A DNA stretch of 64,000 nucleotides. It comes from Stylophora pistillata. Its lineage: Eukaryota. The position numbers and the translations under genes were made by a program. The stretch's first letter is position 1. Each line of letters begins with the position of its first letter. The notes below the pieces were generated by a model. The model saw nothing but the letters and a program-made list of their open reading frames with translations, did not search any database and had not been told where the DNA came from. This document shows positions 37,033 through 49,200 of this stretch, one piece after another. The stretch is from NCBI RefSeq assembly GCF_002571385.2, contig NW_019218234.1, positions 145,912 through 209,911 of the forward strand, in the 5' to 3' direction.

Positions 37033-37200
37033 GTTGGATAACCGAAGAGAGCATGCTGGGACTACATCGAATGCCGCTGGAACAAGAAGACCGCAGACGG
37101 ATAAACAACGCGTTGCGTGAGTCGTTCGTCGTTCAGTCGTCCAGTGACTGACAGGACAACTAACTCCCAAGTGAGATACGTCCATCATACGTAACTCCCA
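37000..37200. promoter_or_regulatory. Candidate CpG-rich bidirectional promoter shared by MTG1 and the dystrophin-like gene
   Basis: Divergent ATGs at 37032 (-) and 37053/37071 (+); local CpG enrichment inside CpG-poor flanks; GCATGCTGGGA (reverse complement TCCCAGCATGC, ZNF143/Staf-like) at 37051-37061. Confidence 0.55.
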
Positions 37201-40200
37201 AGTGTAAAACTTAGAAATGTCGTAGCCATTTAGCCCCTTGTCTGTACCCTTCAAAGTGAAAACATAATGCCTGGGGTCACAAGTAAGTTCATGGGGAAAG
37301 ATATCATCATTAAAGTAATGTAGATTGGTGTAAAACACATCTAGCTGTGGCGTGTTGTTGTCCTCAATCAAACAAAATTCTCTTTGGCGTTGTCTAGGGA
37401 AGAAGAGTAAAGGTCTATTTTACGCAAAGCCTGTCTTTCAAATTTCCAGGTAAATTACCAGATGGCTGGGAGCGTTCTGAAACAGCCAACGGAATTCCAT
37501 ACTACGTAAAGTAAGTTCATAATTTGCATGGATGTTTTGTTTTGTGGAAGTTTCAGTCGGCATTATGTACTGTGAAATTTGATTTCATCTGAAAAAGTAA
37601 TTGTGGAGGTGAAAACTGGAATATGTTAATACTGATTTCTCCTTTGAAAGCTAAAATTCACAACAACAAACTAATGGTCTCTAGAAGTGTTTAAGTAACG
37701 AAAGAGGTAAGATTTCCGCACAGCCCCATACTTTATTATGCATAGAGTTCGTTGATAGAAAGAAAACGATGGTCTAAGCAACAGATTGGCATTGGAGCTT
37801 CGTCTTTGTTTTAGAATAGTATGGGACTGTGTGGAAATCTTTCCTTTAGGAGAAATTACGCATTGTACTTCTGAGAGAGAAAAGGTTTATTCGTTAACTG
37901 AAAAAAATTTAGCTCATAAAATTAAACTTGTACTTTTAAATAGGACTGTCTTGGATGGTAAAGCTAAATTAGTGAGTTAAAAGGTTGCGAATTGGCCACT
38001 TTTAGCTTATCAGTTCATTCTAGAATTTTTTTGGTGTTCCAAAATGTTTCCACACGTAACCTTTGTTACTTATGGATATAAAATGATGTTGGTGAAGTAC
38101 CTTACATGCAGCTGTTTTCACTTGCTGACTATTGCTCGTAAGGATTTTCATAACCTGGTTGGAGAGGAAATGAATTGATTAGTGTTTGAGAGTACTTCTC
38201 ATTATAACTTAAGGAAATCACTCAAGGTAACTAGACCATTAAAGGATTGGGTCCAAGAACCTTTAGACTTAGAGTTTCAGTTGCATAGAATTTGATACCT
38301 GATGAATTTAGGGAGTGCAACAATAAGATAAATTGCAATGATCGCAGAAAAACATTAACAAGGACACTGATTTTGAAAAAGAGAGCTCTACTCTCTGTTA
38401 ATAGAAGCTAATTTTAATTATTGTTCATTTATTTGTTAATTATCACATAAGTTTCACATTCCATAATTAAGGTTTTTGAATTTCTCTAGATTAATTTTTT
38501 TTTATTTAGTAACACTAGGTTAATAACATCAGCTGTAAAGTTGCCAATTTTGTTGTGACTTGGTTGTTAACATATTTATACATGTTTATTTGACAGAATC
38601 ATCACTAGAGCATGACAAATAACATTTTGATATTTACTTGCACACACAGACAATTGAAGTAACATACAATACATTTTTCTCTTGTGGCAGTCACGAAACT
38701 GAAAAAACCCAGTGGGATCATCCAGAAATGGTCAGTCTACTGGAGGAGACAGGTGAAAAAAATTATAATCATTGTTGTGTGTTAAATTGAAGTTGATTCT
38801 TGATTCCTTGCTTCTAAAATGGTGAAACACAGTAATTCAGCTAAGTGAGCAGACTATTCACATTTTGTATGGTTTTTTTTGTGCCCAAACCAGCTCAGCC
38901 TAATGCTTTCCTTAGAATGTTTAATTTAGATATTTCTTATAATATTAATATAGTTAAGTAATGGCTCTTTAATTTGTTTCACATTTTTAATGTTTATTTT
39001 CTTGTTATTAAACTGTCATCATTTGCTTAATCCAGTTAGAGACATCTGGTGAGAATTTATCAAAATCGAAACATTTAAATTCCCCCTATGATATTGGAAA
39101 AAATCTGGGGTTTATAACATGAATTTTCATAACTGTGATATTTTGTTTATCTGTTGCAGAGAGTTTCAGTAACATTAAGTACGCTGCGTACCGAACAGCC
39201 ATGAAGCTTAGGGCTATTCAGAAGAAAACTCAATGTAATTTAAATTTAGTTAGTTGAATGTTCTTTTTTTCAATTATTTATTTTTAAAGAACTAGAACTT
39301 ACTACAACACATTCCCTGACTGGACTAAAGTTTAACATCTCTGGATATCAAATGTTGTTAATTATCAAAAGTTCAATGACCTTATACACCGGTTGGCAGT
39401 TGATGGGGTACTTGCATTGCAAATCACCCACAATGAGAAAAATAAAGTAACACTAGCTCAATTTCTAGACACTTGTAACACTTGATGGAAATAATTCTTT
39501 CATATTTATCTCAAGTAGTCTCTGAATCAACTGAAAGTAGATGTTTGGCCTTTCTTTTTACACATAGTTCAAAGAATTATATATCATTGTTATTACAACT
39601 TTAATAATTGTAGATTTAAACAGATAGATGTGTAGCAAACTTTGTCAGTACAAACAAAGAAATCACTCAAGTGGGCTGATTTAGTCATGTACAGTTTGGG
39701 GAAGTGCTTTAAACAGTACATGCACCAAAAGCAACATGGTGGCAATTGTGTACCAAAATCATTGTGAGAGAATGATTATTTATCAAGGCAAAGGTTTCAT
39801 GTTACATTTTCTACTTACAGTCATCCTATTGTGTTGCAAAGTTATTTGTTTGCAAATTTGAAATTAACCCCAAACATTACAGTTAAATTGTAGACATTAT
39901 AGCTCTCACCATTCTTTTCTTGTTCAGAGTCCAAAAGAACTATAGATAGATGAAATTTAACTTTTTTTTCCCTTTTTATTGCAGTGTATATGGTTGATCT
40001 GCATGTAGTCAGGTTGTCTCTCAGTGATGAAGGAATTAACAATGGATATGTGGAAGGGAACTTGTCTGTAGCAAAACTATCCAAAATCATCACTGCTGTA
40101 TTTGTTAATCAGAATGGAGATCGGAATGAATTTATTGATGTGTCTTTAGCAAGTGAACTGACTCTTAACTGGATCCTCAATGTCTATGATCCGTGAGTAA

Positions 40201-43200
40201 TTACATGACTAACAAAAAATCTGATGTGCTTAACACTTTGTTTCTTTAAAAGTCAAGCATTGATTAAAACTTGATTAAAAGAAATAAACAAATATTGAAA
40301 TTTTCTGCTACCCTGCATTCCCTTTTCAACAGTGTCGTAGCAAGGCATCTTTAATGCTTCCAATGCCCTTATAAGGTAATATGGTGTAGTAATAGAATAG
40401 TAACATGGAATATCCCACTTGTCACTTGTATCTCATGGCACACAAACTTGATTAAGTGCCCATGTGTTTACCAAGAAATTACAAATGACTTAGAATATTC
40501 TCTGGTATACCACTTCAAAGCACTGTACAACTAGTCTGTACTTGTATATCTCTAAGTTATACACATTTAGCACCATCACCAATCCCTCAATGTTGTGATT
40601 TCTTCCATTATTGTTTCTGTCATTGTAGGGAGAGAAAGGGATATGTGCCAATTCTTTCTTTGAAAGTCTGTCTTTCCATCATGTGCTCTGAAAAGATTCA
40701 AGAAAAATACAGATGTAGGTTTATTTTTTATTATTATTTTGTAACCGTATTTAAGATATTCCTCCAGCAAGAGATATAACTTGTCAGTCCTAATGATTTT
40801 TTTTTTTTACCTATACAATTATTTGGAAAGCTGAGACAGTAATAATTTAATCGCAATGAAAATAATACAAGTCTTAAAGCAGGATATGCCCATCAAAAGC
40901 AAAACATAGTTTCAAATTTGAGTTTTAAAAATGAGAGTAAAATTGATATTTCTTTGGAACACACACGGAAGGGTCTTGATAGAACTTGTGCAGGGCATGG
41001 TAGGTATCAGTCTGTCCTAACAAGTCCAGCTTGGCATCTGGTGTAGAGTTAAAGAAAAAAAAAAAAAAAAAGAACCTGTATAAGAGTACTTTCAGATTAT
41101 AGCCATTTGAAAACTTTTTGGTGACTTCAAGTTACTGGGACTAACACTAGATGATGAACTTAGTTTCAGTACTCATATAAGTGATATTATGTAAAAGGGC
41201 AAGTAGGAAAGTTGGTGTTCTAGTACGTCTCAGAAAAATGATTCCCGGAGAAGCCAAGTTACGATTGTACAAATCAGCAATTCTACCTAACTTAACATTA
41301 TTGTCACATAGTGTGGCATTTTTGCAAAGCATCTGATGCAAGAAAATTAGAAAGGGTACAAGAATGGGCATTACGTGCTGTATATAATGATAGAAACGCT
41401 ACGTATGAGGAACTCCTAGAAAGGGAAGACTCTCTAGTCTTGAGAACAGACGGTTACAAGATATACTAATTTTAATGTCTAAGGTTAAAAATTCACTAGC
41501 TCCAGAGCATGTATGTAATATGTTTTTTCAGCAAGATAAGCATGATTGTAACTTTGGAAGTGATTTTTCCGTTCCAAGATATAATACTGTTAAGTATGGC
41601 AAGCACAGTATCAGATATTTAGGCCCACACATATGGGGCAAGATAAGCCAGGAACTACGCAGTAAGACCAGTCTTCAGGCATTCAGGAGAGGGTTGCGTG
41701 CTCTCAATGTGCTTGGCTTGCTTGATGGCATGTGTGGCTGCTGTGCATGCTCATCTTAAAGAGGTGGGTATGCATATTGGCTTTTGCTGTGCGGCTGCCA
41801 GGTGTATTGGGAGTCTGCTCCCCTATCCTCTATTAAATTTGTCTTATTTAAATTTTCTAGACTTTTGACTTTCTAAATTCTGTATATACATTCTATTGCT
41901 GCTTATATGATTGTCTGTAACAATTTTATATATTGATGCTTTTTATATATATTAATGATATTTTGAGAATATATCCTTAATATTTTTACGTATACTCTAT
42001 TTAATCCTATATTATACTCATGTTATTCATTTATAGTGTCCACAAATAGCTTTTAGCTAAATACCTTGACACTTCAATAAAGTTTATGTATGTATGTATG
42101 TATGTATGTACCAGATGTCATGAGAATGTAGGCAAACAAATATTATTTTAAATGGTAATAATTGCTTTACGTTCTATCACTTGTTGGGATTGTTTCTTGA
42201 TTTTCCCATGTAACTAACCTGTTTTCTCTTTGTTCTTTTCAAGATTTGTTTTCGCAACTTTGTAATAACCAGGGATTTTTGGAAAGAAAGAGGCTTGATT
42301 TGTTCCTTCAAGAGATGTTGCAGGTAATTTTTGTTTTCATTCTTGTTTAAGGACTAACATTTCTCTTTGCATTAGTTTGACTCATTACTTCATACATGTA
42401 CACATGCATTGTATGCAGTTTTACAAAATGCAGAATTAACTGAATTATACAGAATTATATACTGTACCTCTGTCTTTAGCCTTTACTAGAGTATTGAAAT
42501 AGGAAATTACTTCAATATTTTTTTTTTTGGAGGCGGGGGGGAGGTTGTTAGTCATGATGCATATATTAATCCAGTTAATTTTGTGTAGATTCCCAAGAAC
42601 ATTTTTGAGGGCGGATTCTTCAGTGGGTCAAGTGTGGAGCCAGCTGTGAGAAACTGCTTTGAAAGGGTATGATGTGATGGTTTTGCACTTTCTGTTCATT
42701 CCGACAGTGCAAAATTTGAGGTGACGCTAGAAAACATTTAGCGTATAAGGATTTTGACCAAGCAGAGCTCCTGTTTCAGGGTTCTTGTTAAGAGACGGTA
42801 ACCGGTTATTTTTACCAGCTGTTCAAGTAAATTTTACCAGCTATTTCACTGAGACCCGGGACTGAAATATTTACTAAAGTTATTCAACGATTTTTTTAAT
42901 TTTTTTGGAAAAATTTCTCTTTTCTCCTTCCAATCAATGTTGTGAAGATATCTATCGCATGTTACCGGTTGGAAAATACACAATATGCTAAAGAAATCCT
43001 GCTTTTTTGACCAAATTCGTTCCTCGCAGTCACCTCGTGAAATGGCCTCTGCCATGTTTTCCATGTCATTCTTACGGCCAAGCGAAAAGGCCCAGCATTT
43101 ATTGAGAAACGTCACGGTTGGCAACATGGTGTCCACACGTGGAAAACCTACCCCTAGACCCCGGTGGGGGCCTATGCGGCCCGCACACCCCAGCATGGGG

Positions 43201-46200
43201 GAAGGTAACAAAGTCCCTGCTATTTCTTATTTTTTACCTCCTATGAAAAACTTTAGCAAGAACTCTGTGTTTTTTTTTTCCCCAAGGTCAATCGGCGAAG
43301 TTAGGCCGACAGTGAGGCCCTATTCTACCGGCCCCTATTTAAAGAAAACCTCTGCTGCTGGTGCAATTCGTCATGAAACTATCAAAAATTATTTTTAAAG
43401 TTAAAGCTTTTTCCATTGTCGGTGAATGGGAATAAACTTTATCCTTTGGGACAAAATCGAAGGAGAAAGGGGTGACAATGAAACTGGACGACGAGATTAA
43501 CCTTAACTACCGGGTATTCACAGTTGAATGGCCTTGACCGCGCTTTCTGTATAATAATATTGCAAAAAGTATTTATGGTGACGTAAAATCGTCACCTAAA
43601 CGAAGGCATGTTAGTATTAGAACTCAAAGAATAATATTCAGAAGGTTTCTTCAAATAACTTGGGAAAGTTACTTTTCAAGCCTGCTCGTAAGATTTAATT
43701 AGTCGAAGTTCGCTCTACATGATTTGCCGTTATATTCGTCTTGTTTCATTTTCCGGTTTTTGCTGAATACGACTTCTGTTTGAAATCAACTGCTTTTTGG
43801 ATTTAGAGTGAACTGAATTTCGGTAAATAAAGATAAAGAGATGTAGATCAGCCAATTTTAAGTTGCTGAAAGTCGCAATTTGCAATGCGTTGCCATTTAA
43901 CGAATCTTTCTTCACTTTCTAGTGAATCTAATTTGCGTAGAATCGCGTAATCGAGTAAAATCTCACATTCTGATTGGTTAACGAAGCGAGGTATTTAGTG
44001 CGGAATTGTGAGGCGAAAACGAGGCTAAGTGACAATGTTTCGCATCTCTGTTGCGCTCCGGATAAAAACTAAAAACACTACTGCTATTTCCTTTTTCCTT
44101 ATTTTTAGTCAATTCTGCGATTTAAGGAAAATCCATTACTTGATTCGTGAACTCCCCGTTAAATTGCAAACATCATCCTTTACCACCCGAAGGATGTTTA
44201 TTTTCTGAGGGCCAAGGTGACGCCTTTTTAGATTTTATGAAACTGCCAGTGACGTGTAGAAGTGGAATCAGTGCATCTTAGTAAAGGCCCCTTAGATACA
44301 TAAGCTTGTGTATGCTAAAGAACTCCAAACTACCCGAATGTCAATGGCTACAGTAATGTTCTTACAGATCTTCATTTTACTACTTTTGGAAACTGAATAA
44401 AAAGGGTTTTAGTATTTAATGCCACACTTGCACCGTTCCATTTTGTCAACCAGGTGTCCATTCCTGATAGAGCGTCAGCTGGAGAGTTCATCGAATGGAT
44501 GATTGCAGAACCACAAACAATTGTTTGGCTACCCACACTTCACAGACTAGCTGTCTCAGAGACTGGTACGTATATATGTTGACTTGAAAAAAGTTAGTGA
44601 AACACTCCCTTAGAGTCGCTCTTTATGGACATCCATGACATAGGACTTATGAAAGAAGATATGTGTCGTTCCTATACCTGTTGTGTTTTCCGCCTTTTAA
44701 GTTAAACGGGATTTTAATTAAAGAGACGCTACTAAATGTATATCATCCTTGGAATGAGACCGTCCTGCTGTGAGTGGGTCTGTTCATTGACAAGAGAGAG
44801 TGAGATCACTTATGGGTGATCAGCAGCTACCCCTGGTGCCTTAACAGGCCTACATCCAGTGTCACACCCATGAATTTTAATCAAGCGCATCTTTGCAGGG
44901 AAAATGTGAATTTTAGATGCGTCAACATCATCATCATCGTTATTATTTGTCACCAGTATATGTACTATTAGTTTACATGGGGTTAAAATTTTGAGAATAG
45001 CGTAGATTAAAATAACTCAATGTTTCGACATCGTGATATCATTCTCAAGTGAAAGTTCACACAAACGTAATCTATTTAGACAAAAGTACTTGTTAGGCCT
45101 ACTAACTTAGGAGATTGATCATCCAAGTCATTCAACTAATAATTTACAAACATCTGTTCTCCTTTATTATTTGGCATGAAACTTTCTGACACTCTATCAT
45201 GCTTGTTTCAGGCGATAGCAAACGACGCTATGGTACCGGCGGGCATGGGTCGTTACGTGACCCAGCCCTAGACGTTTTTGATAGAACTCTGACTCAAGTA
45301 AACTGAAAGCGACAAAATCAACGATATTGCTCATAGGAAAACTTGGCGTGTGACCTCTCGGTTACCCTTTGATTTATTTACTATTGCGCCGATTACCATT
45401 TCGCTACGTTGCACTAACTGAACGCGTGTAACGGGCTATCAGCTTGGCTGTTTCTTATCTTTAATTTTCACATAGCAATGTTATCATGTCGTTACTTTCA
45501 TCCTTATTATGATTGCAGTTCTTATTCTGCAAATTGTTTTAATTATTTTTATTATTTAAATTGTTGTTACTATTGTTAAAACTCCACAATTCACAAATCT
45601 CCTGTACAAGTAGTTGATCAACTCATGCTTTTAAACGCAATTGTCTACCTTTCTCCTTAAGAGTCTCGCAATGTACGTTGTCATTGTTCACATGATTTTG
45701 GGTTGTAACATGGAAAAGAAATAAGCGAGCTAATTGTGATCATCCTTGCTACCTTTTGTTTTTAAGTAAAACACGAGTCCAAATGCAATGTATGTAAGAT
45801 GTACCCTATAGTCGGCTTCAGGTGAGTGCAATGAAGAATTTGTTTCATTTACTTCTTGGTCAAAGTGCCTTGGATGTATTTGATTTGCCTTTACATGCTT
45901 TTTAGAAAAACAGAAAGAACTTGCGAACCATGCACTTCAACATAGAGCATGCTCCCAAGGTTTGATAACCTGTTCCTGCTAGTCTTGAACAGTCATTACT
46001 GTGTGTGAAACCTAGCTAAGGAAAACAACAGTTTCCTACTTATGTCCAGTCCTCAGATGCATTTAGACCTTTAATAACAGAGCCAAAAAAGCAGGAGAGG
46101 AGAAATCGAAATTTACCGAAGAAAGTCAATTAAAATTACTTCAAAAGTCGCACAAACTTCAAGAAGAGACATGTATGGTTTGAAACTCAAAGCTTTCATC

Positions 46201-49200
46201 TTGAGCAACTTACGTTTCACACCCACGGCAATTTTCTTCCCCGTCGCCGAAAACTCTTTTGCTCTAAAATTCTCCGTGAAAACTCTCTCTCAAGCGTCAG
46301 ATGTCGATCCATCTTCAGCGATTTCTTGTATCGACCTTATGACGTTTGTATTCTACGTTTTTGCTCTTCCTTAGATACCGCTGCTTAAAATGTTTCAACT
46401 TCGACATGTGTCAGGTGAGAATTTGAGGGTATTTAGTTCTGTTAAGTGCTCAAGTAAGTGGTATACTAGTTTGTTTCTGTCAAGAACATTCTGGATAATG
46501 GCTGATTTGTTGTTTGAATCCTTTGTACTACGACTAAGCTTCCTATGTCCGATTTTATCTTATCTTGTTTTCATTTGCATTTGCTATAGATGTGAGTTTT
46601 GACGAATATGGCAAGAGACGGTTTTCAAAGTGTTTTGATATTTTTGCCAATGCTATCAGTTATAATGCGGTGTTACACATTTATCCCCTCTTTATAACCA
46701 AGAATACCTCAATTATTTTACGACCCCCGAATTGACAAAACTTCCATGAAAACCTCGTTATCGAAGTCTCGAGTCTCATTCACTAATGATCTATACCTCC
46801 AACCAACGCAAAAGGGACAGAACAGTAAATGTTCCACCGTCTTGTTTCATAAAGGGATGCTTCTGGTCTGGTAGAGTGAGTAAACAACACAAAATCGGTC
46901 ACCCCACACAGGAGTACTGTCTGGTGGTAAGTGTTAACATAACTATCTTGGTTGCCTACAAATCACTTCGGAAAGTAAGAAAGTAGCTTCTGTCTCTATT
47001 CTTGTTTTAATCTTAATATATAACTGTGGGAATTTGTGCGCGTTTGTTAGTTTATTAGTTTGATTGTTTCTTAAATTTCACCCAGGCGTGTCTATGTTAC
47101 TCAAAAGTTACAGTGTCTCAGAATGCTCATAAGTTTGTTCCACTGACATAAAGCTCCACCAACTACTTTCACTTTCATGGCCACCATTACCCAAAAAATC
47201 ATACTAAACGACCGATGATTTTTAAAGGAGAACATAACTGTCAAGAGTATTCCCTAGTAGCATTCGTAAATTCACTCCTACCTGCTTTGACTGAGTCCGT
47301 GGATGAAAACAATAACTTTACTTTTCTTGAAATCTCGAAAGTCAACACAAAAGGAGGACATGAAAGACTTCGCCAAAGTAATGCGAAATAAAGTGAGTAA
47401 GAAGAAGAAAAGGCAAAAAGACCCGTCCAAGGGAAGGTTTATTCCAATTGAAATGAAAGATGCTGCCCCTTCTGATGGCGAAGATGAGTAAGTCATTTTT
47501 AAAATGTTTTATTCTGTGTTATGAAAAAGACAGCCTTCAATTCCGTTGCTGATAATGTAGAACAGAGACAAATTCTGAGTGTGTTATTGTGACTGTGTCA
47601 AATGACCTTGTGGTATCAGTATATTTTAAATGATTGTCATTAATTGATGCAACTTTATCATGGAAGAGTAATTTTTTCTGAAAGCTTAGGAATTGTAGAT
47701 CACGAAGGTGTATTCACTTACGGCAAAACTTTCAGGGTGTTCAAATTTAAATCCAAAAGTGTAGAGGTCCCTGATCGAGTTCGTTTTTGGTCGGATGTGA
47801 CACTCTTTTCCTCGATGTTGTCTTCTGTGCACTTGCAAAAGGAGTTGAACTTTGGTGTTTTTACTTCCAGGACAAAACAAGTTTAAACTTACAATACTTC
47901 AGCGAAAACTTTCGAGGCGCGTCGTGGAAGACTCTACACAAACGTGTGATGATAACAATTTACTTCTCATGATTAACAGCTATCAGTTAGAGAGAATAAA
48001 TGGACAGAAACGTTTCCATTTGTAACTCTATTAAGAATCAATCTTTACAACTTCGTTCTTAATCAATTTTTCGAACGAAAGGTCTTATTGAGAACCATCA
48101 GAACATTCCACAAAATATGGCTTATTTTTAAAAAATTGTTCGATTTTCAATGTTTAGGGATTCTGTGGATTTTGGTACCCCGGGGGAAGTTTTACCAGGT
48201 TCAAACGTCAAGGAAAGAGACGACGCGGTTAGGTTAGTTCGTAAAGGAAGGCGTGATATTAATGTTAAATGGAAATATTGAGATAATAATGATAGTAGCA
48301 TAAATAATAATAACAACAACAATAGTAACAACGATAATAACCGGAATGGATTGAAGAGATCAGATGCATCCAGAGGTACCCAGAGGTAGTTTGAAGCTGG
48401 ATGCGGATAAAGTTGCAAAGGTCATCTGTAGAAGACAAATTGGAATGCACTTAGTCCAGATGGCATTTTAAACTACGGGTGGAAAAAGCGCGTGTTTCAC
48501 ACTAGGGTGTGGTCAGTAGGTTTTAGGCCGTTGGGAAGTACGAGCATGAGTTTCCTCTGTGCTTCTCTGGTGGAAAGACGAGATAAATACTGAAGGCAGA
48601 TGGATTTTAGAGTTACAACTGATGTTCTATTACGTTTTGCGTGGCATCACCTCTCGAAGTATGCTCCGACGCATACAATCACTGGTCTTCAAGAGATCTA
48701 CCGTCAGCTGTACTGACGAAGGTATACTAACACTGACAGGAAGACAGGGTCCGATCCGAACGAAGACGAAAGTGTGTGGCAAAGGGCCGGAGAGTGTAGC
48801 TCATATCCTGGCAGGCTGTGGCGTATTGGTGCAAACCAAGTACATCGAAAGGCACAACAACGCCCTGAAGACCTTATTCTTCGAGGTGATCAGATCACTG
48901 TATAACAGCTACACAGCATCCATGGTACACCAAGTCAAGCCCAAGCCAATTTATGAGAACGAGCGAGTCGGTGCGTTTTGGGACGTTCTGTTATTTGCAG
49001 ACAACACCCTGGTCAAGGCAAACAGGATTGTTCTAGTTTCACAAGGTAGATCCATATATACAGACAAGGTATTTTAAGTGCTTCAGTAACTAGGAACTTT
49101 TCCCATTTTGAAGAATCATATCAGGTCTACATATTTTAACAAGTAGGGTTTTCGTATATTTTTAATGATATTGGTCTTAATCTCTATCACGAATGGCTAC

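Noticed and set aside
42846-43398. ORFs of 121 and 137 aa in a dystrophin-like intron
   Set aside because: No recognisable motifs or splice support; they lie in a GC-richer, probably repeat-derived segment
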